Positions 63,351 to 64,000 of a DNA stretch of 64,000 nt are shown here, in pieces. A model generated the notes under the pieces. It did not search any database and was not told the DNA's origin. It saw only the letters and a program-made list of their open reading frames with translations. Source of the DNA: Botryllus schlosseri (lineage: Eukaryota); the NCBI GenBank assembly GCA_051294905.1, contig CM119374.1, positions 18,600,001-18,664,000 of the forward strand. The letters run 5' to 3'. The position numbers and the translations under genes are program-made. Each line of letters starts with the position of its first letter. Positions within the stretch are counted from its first letter, which is position 1.

Positions 63351-64000
63351 CAAAACAAACCTGCTCGTTATTCATTACACTCACGACTACCCAATTTTAT
63401 CACAATGTCCAGAATATAATCTTGAAGAGACATCTTGATCTGCATTGAAAATTCATTGGTTTCAAAGGCTATTGAAATGGAAATAGTCTAAAAGAGAGGT
63501 GTCAAACATACGGCCCGACAGACCATTTTATCCGGCTCGCGAGGTAATTCTGAATAATTTGAAAAATTATTGCGATGTAGCCCATTATACAGTAAGACTA
63601 CAGTAGTAAATGTCGAACATGTTCATCGGTCACATTATAACGATCTGTCGACAAGGTTGAGTTCTCAGTCAAGTAACCATCAGGAACAAGGTGGTGACAT
63701 CGACAATACATTATGGGCAAGCAAAAATAGCACATTGTGTTCAGAGTGTTCTGGGAAAAGGGACCAAATATTAGTTATTCACATAGGCAGAAACGACAAT
63801 ACGAAACCATTGCATGTAACATAGATGGAGAATATAACAGCTACACGAAAAATAGAATTCAAATATCACTGCTTGCACTGCTGCTTATGTTACTCTGACC
63901 CAAACGGCCCCAGCTCCGGTCTCCATAGAAATCGAATGATGAATTGGTGATATTAAAATGATGAACGAAATTCCAGCGCCCTCGTCTACAATCTCTTACA

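Overview
AT-rich, intron-rich animal genomic DNA, probably a marine invertebrate; the species cannot be determined from sequence alone. I assembled six genes by hand from GT-AG boundaries and exon phase. (1) The 5' three exons of an RCC2-like gene (- strand, continuing beyond the left edge). (2) A two-exon Myb/SANT-like, Harbinger-type DNA-binding gene nested in RCC2 intron 2. (3) A complete MFSD12-like MFS transporter whose last-TM exon is tandemly duplicated into two frame-incompatible, probably mutually exclusive, versions. (4) An intronless CFAP96/C4orf47 ortholog. (5) A five-exon model joining a long basic disordered N-terminus to an SVBP/CCDC23-like C-terminus. (6) Most of a large gel-forming mucin gene (-, 30.5-62.8 kb): partial D1, D2, D', D3, a 6.6-kb Gly-rich 78-bp tandem-repeat exon, then a cystine knot with no D4. 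Introns are full of non-autonomous elements: hAT MITEs with 8-bp TSDs, a Kolobok-type MITE, tRNA-derived SINEs, a CR1/L2-type LINE 3' end, and a Penelope-like fragment carrying a minimal hammerhead ribozyme. No CRISPR, rRNA or true tRNA genes were seen. All family assignments come from recalled motifs, not database searches.
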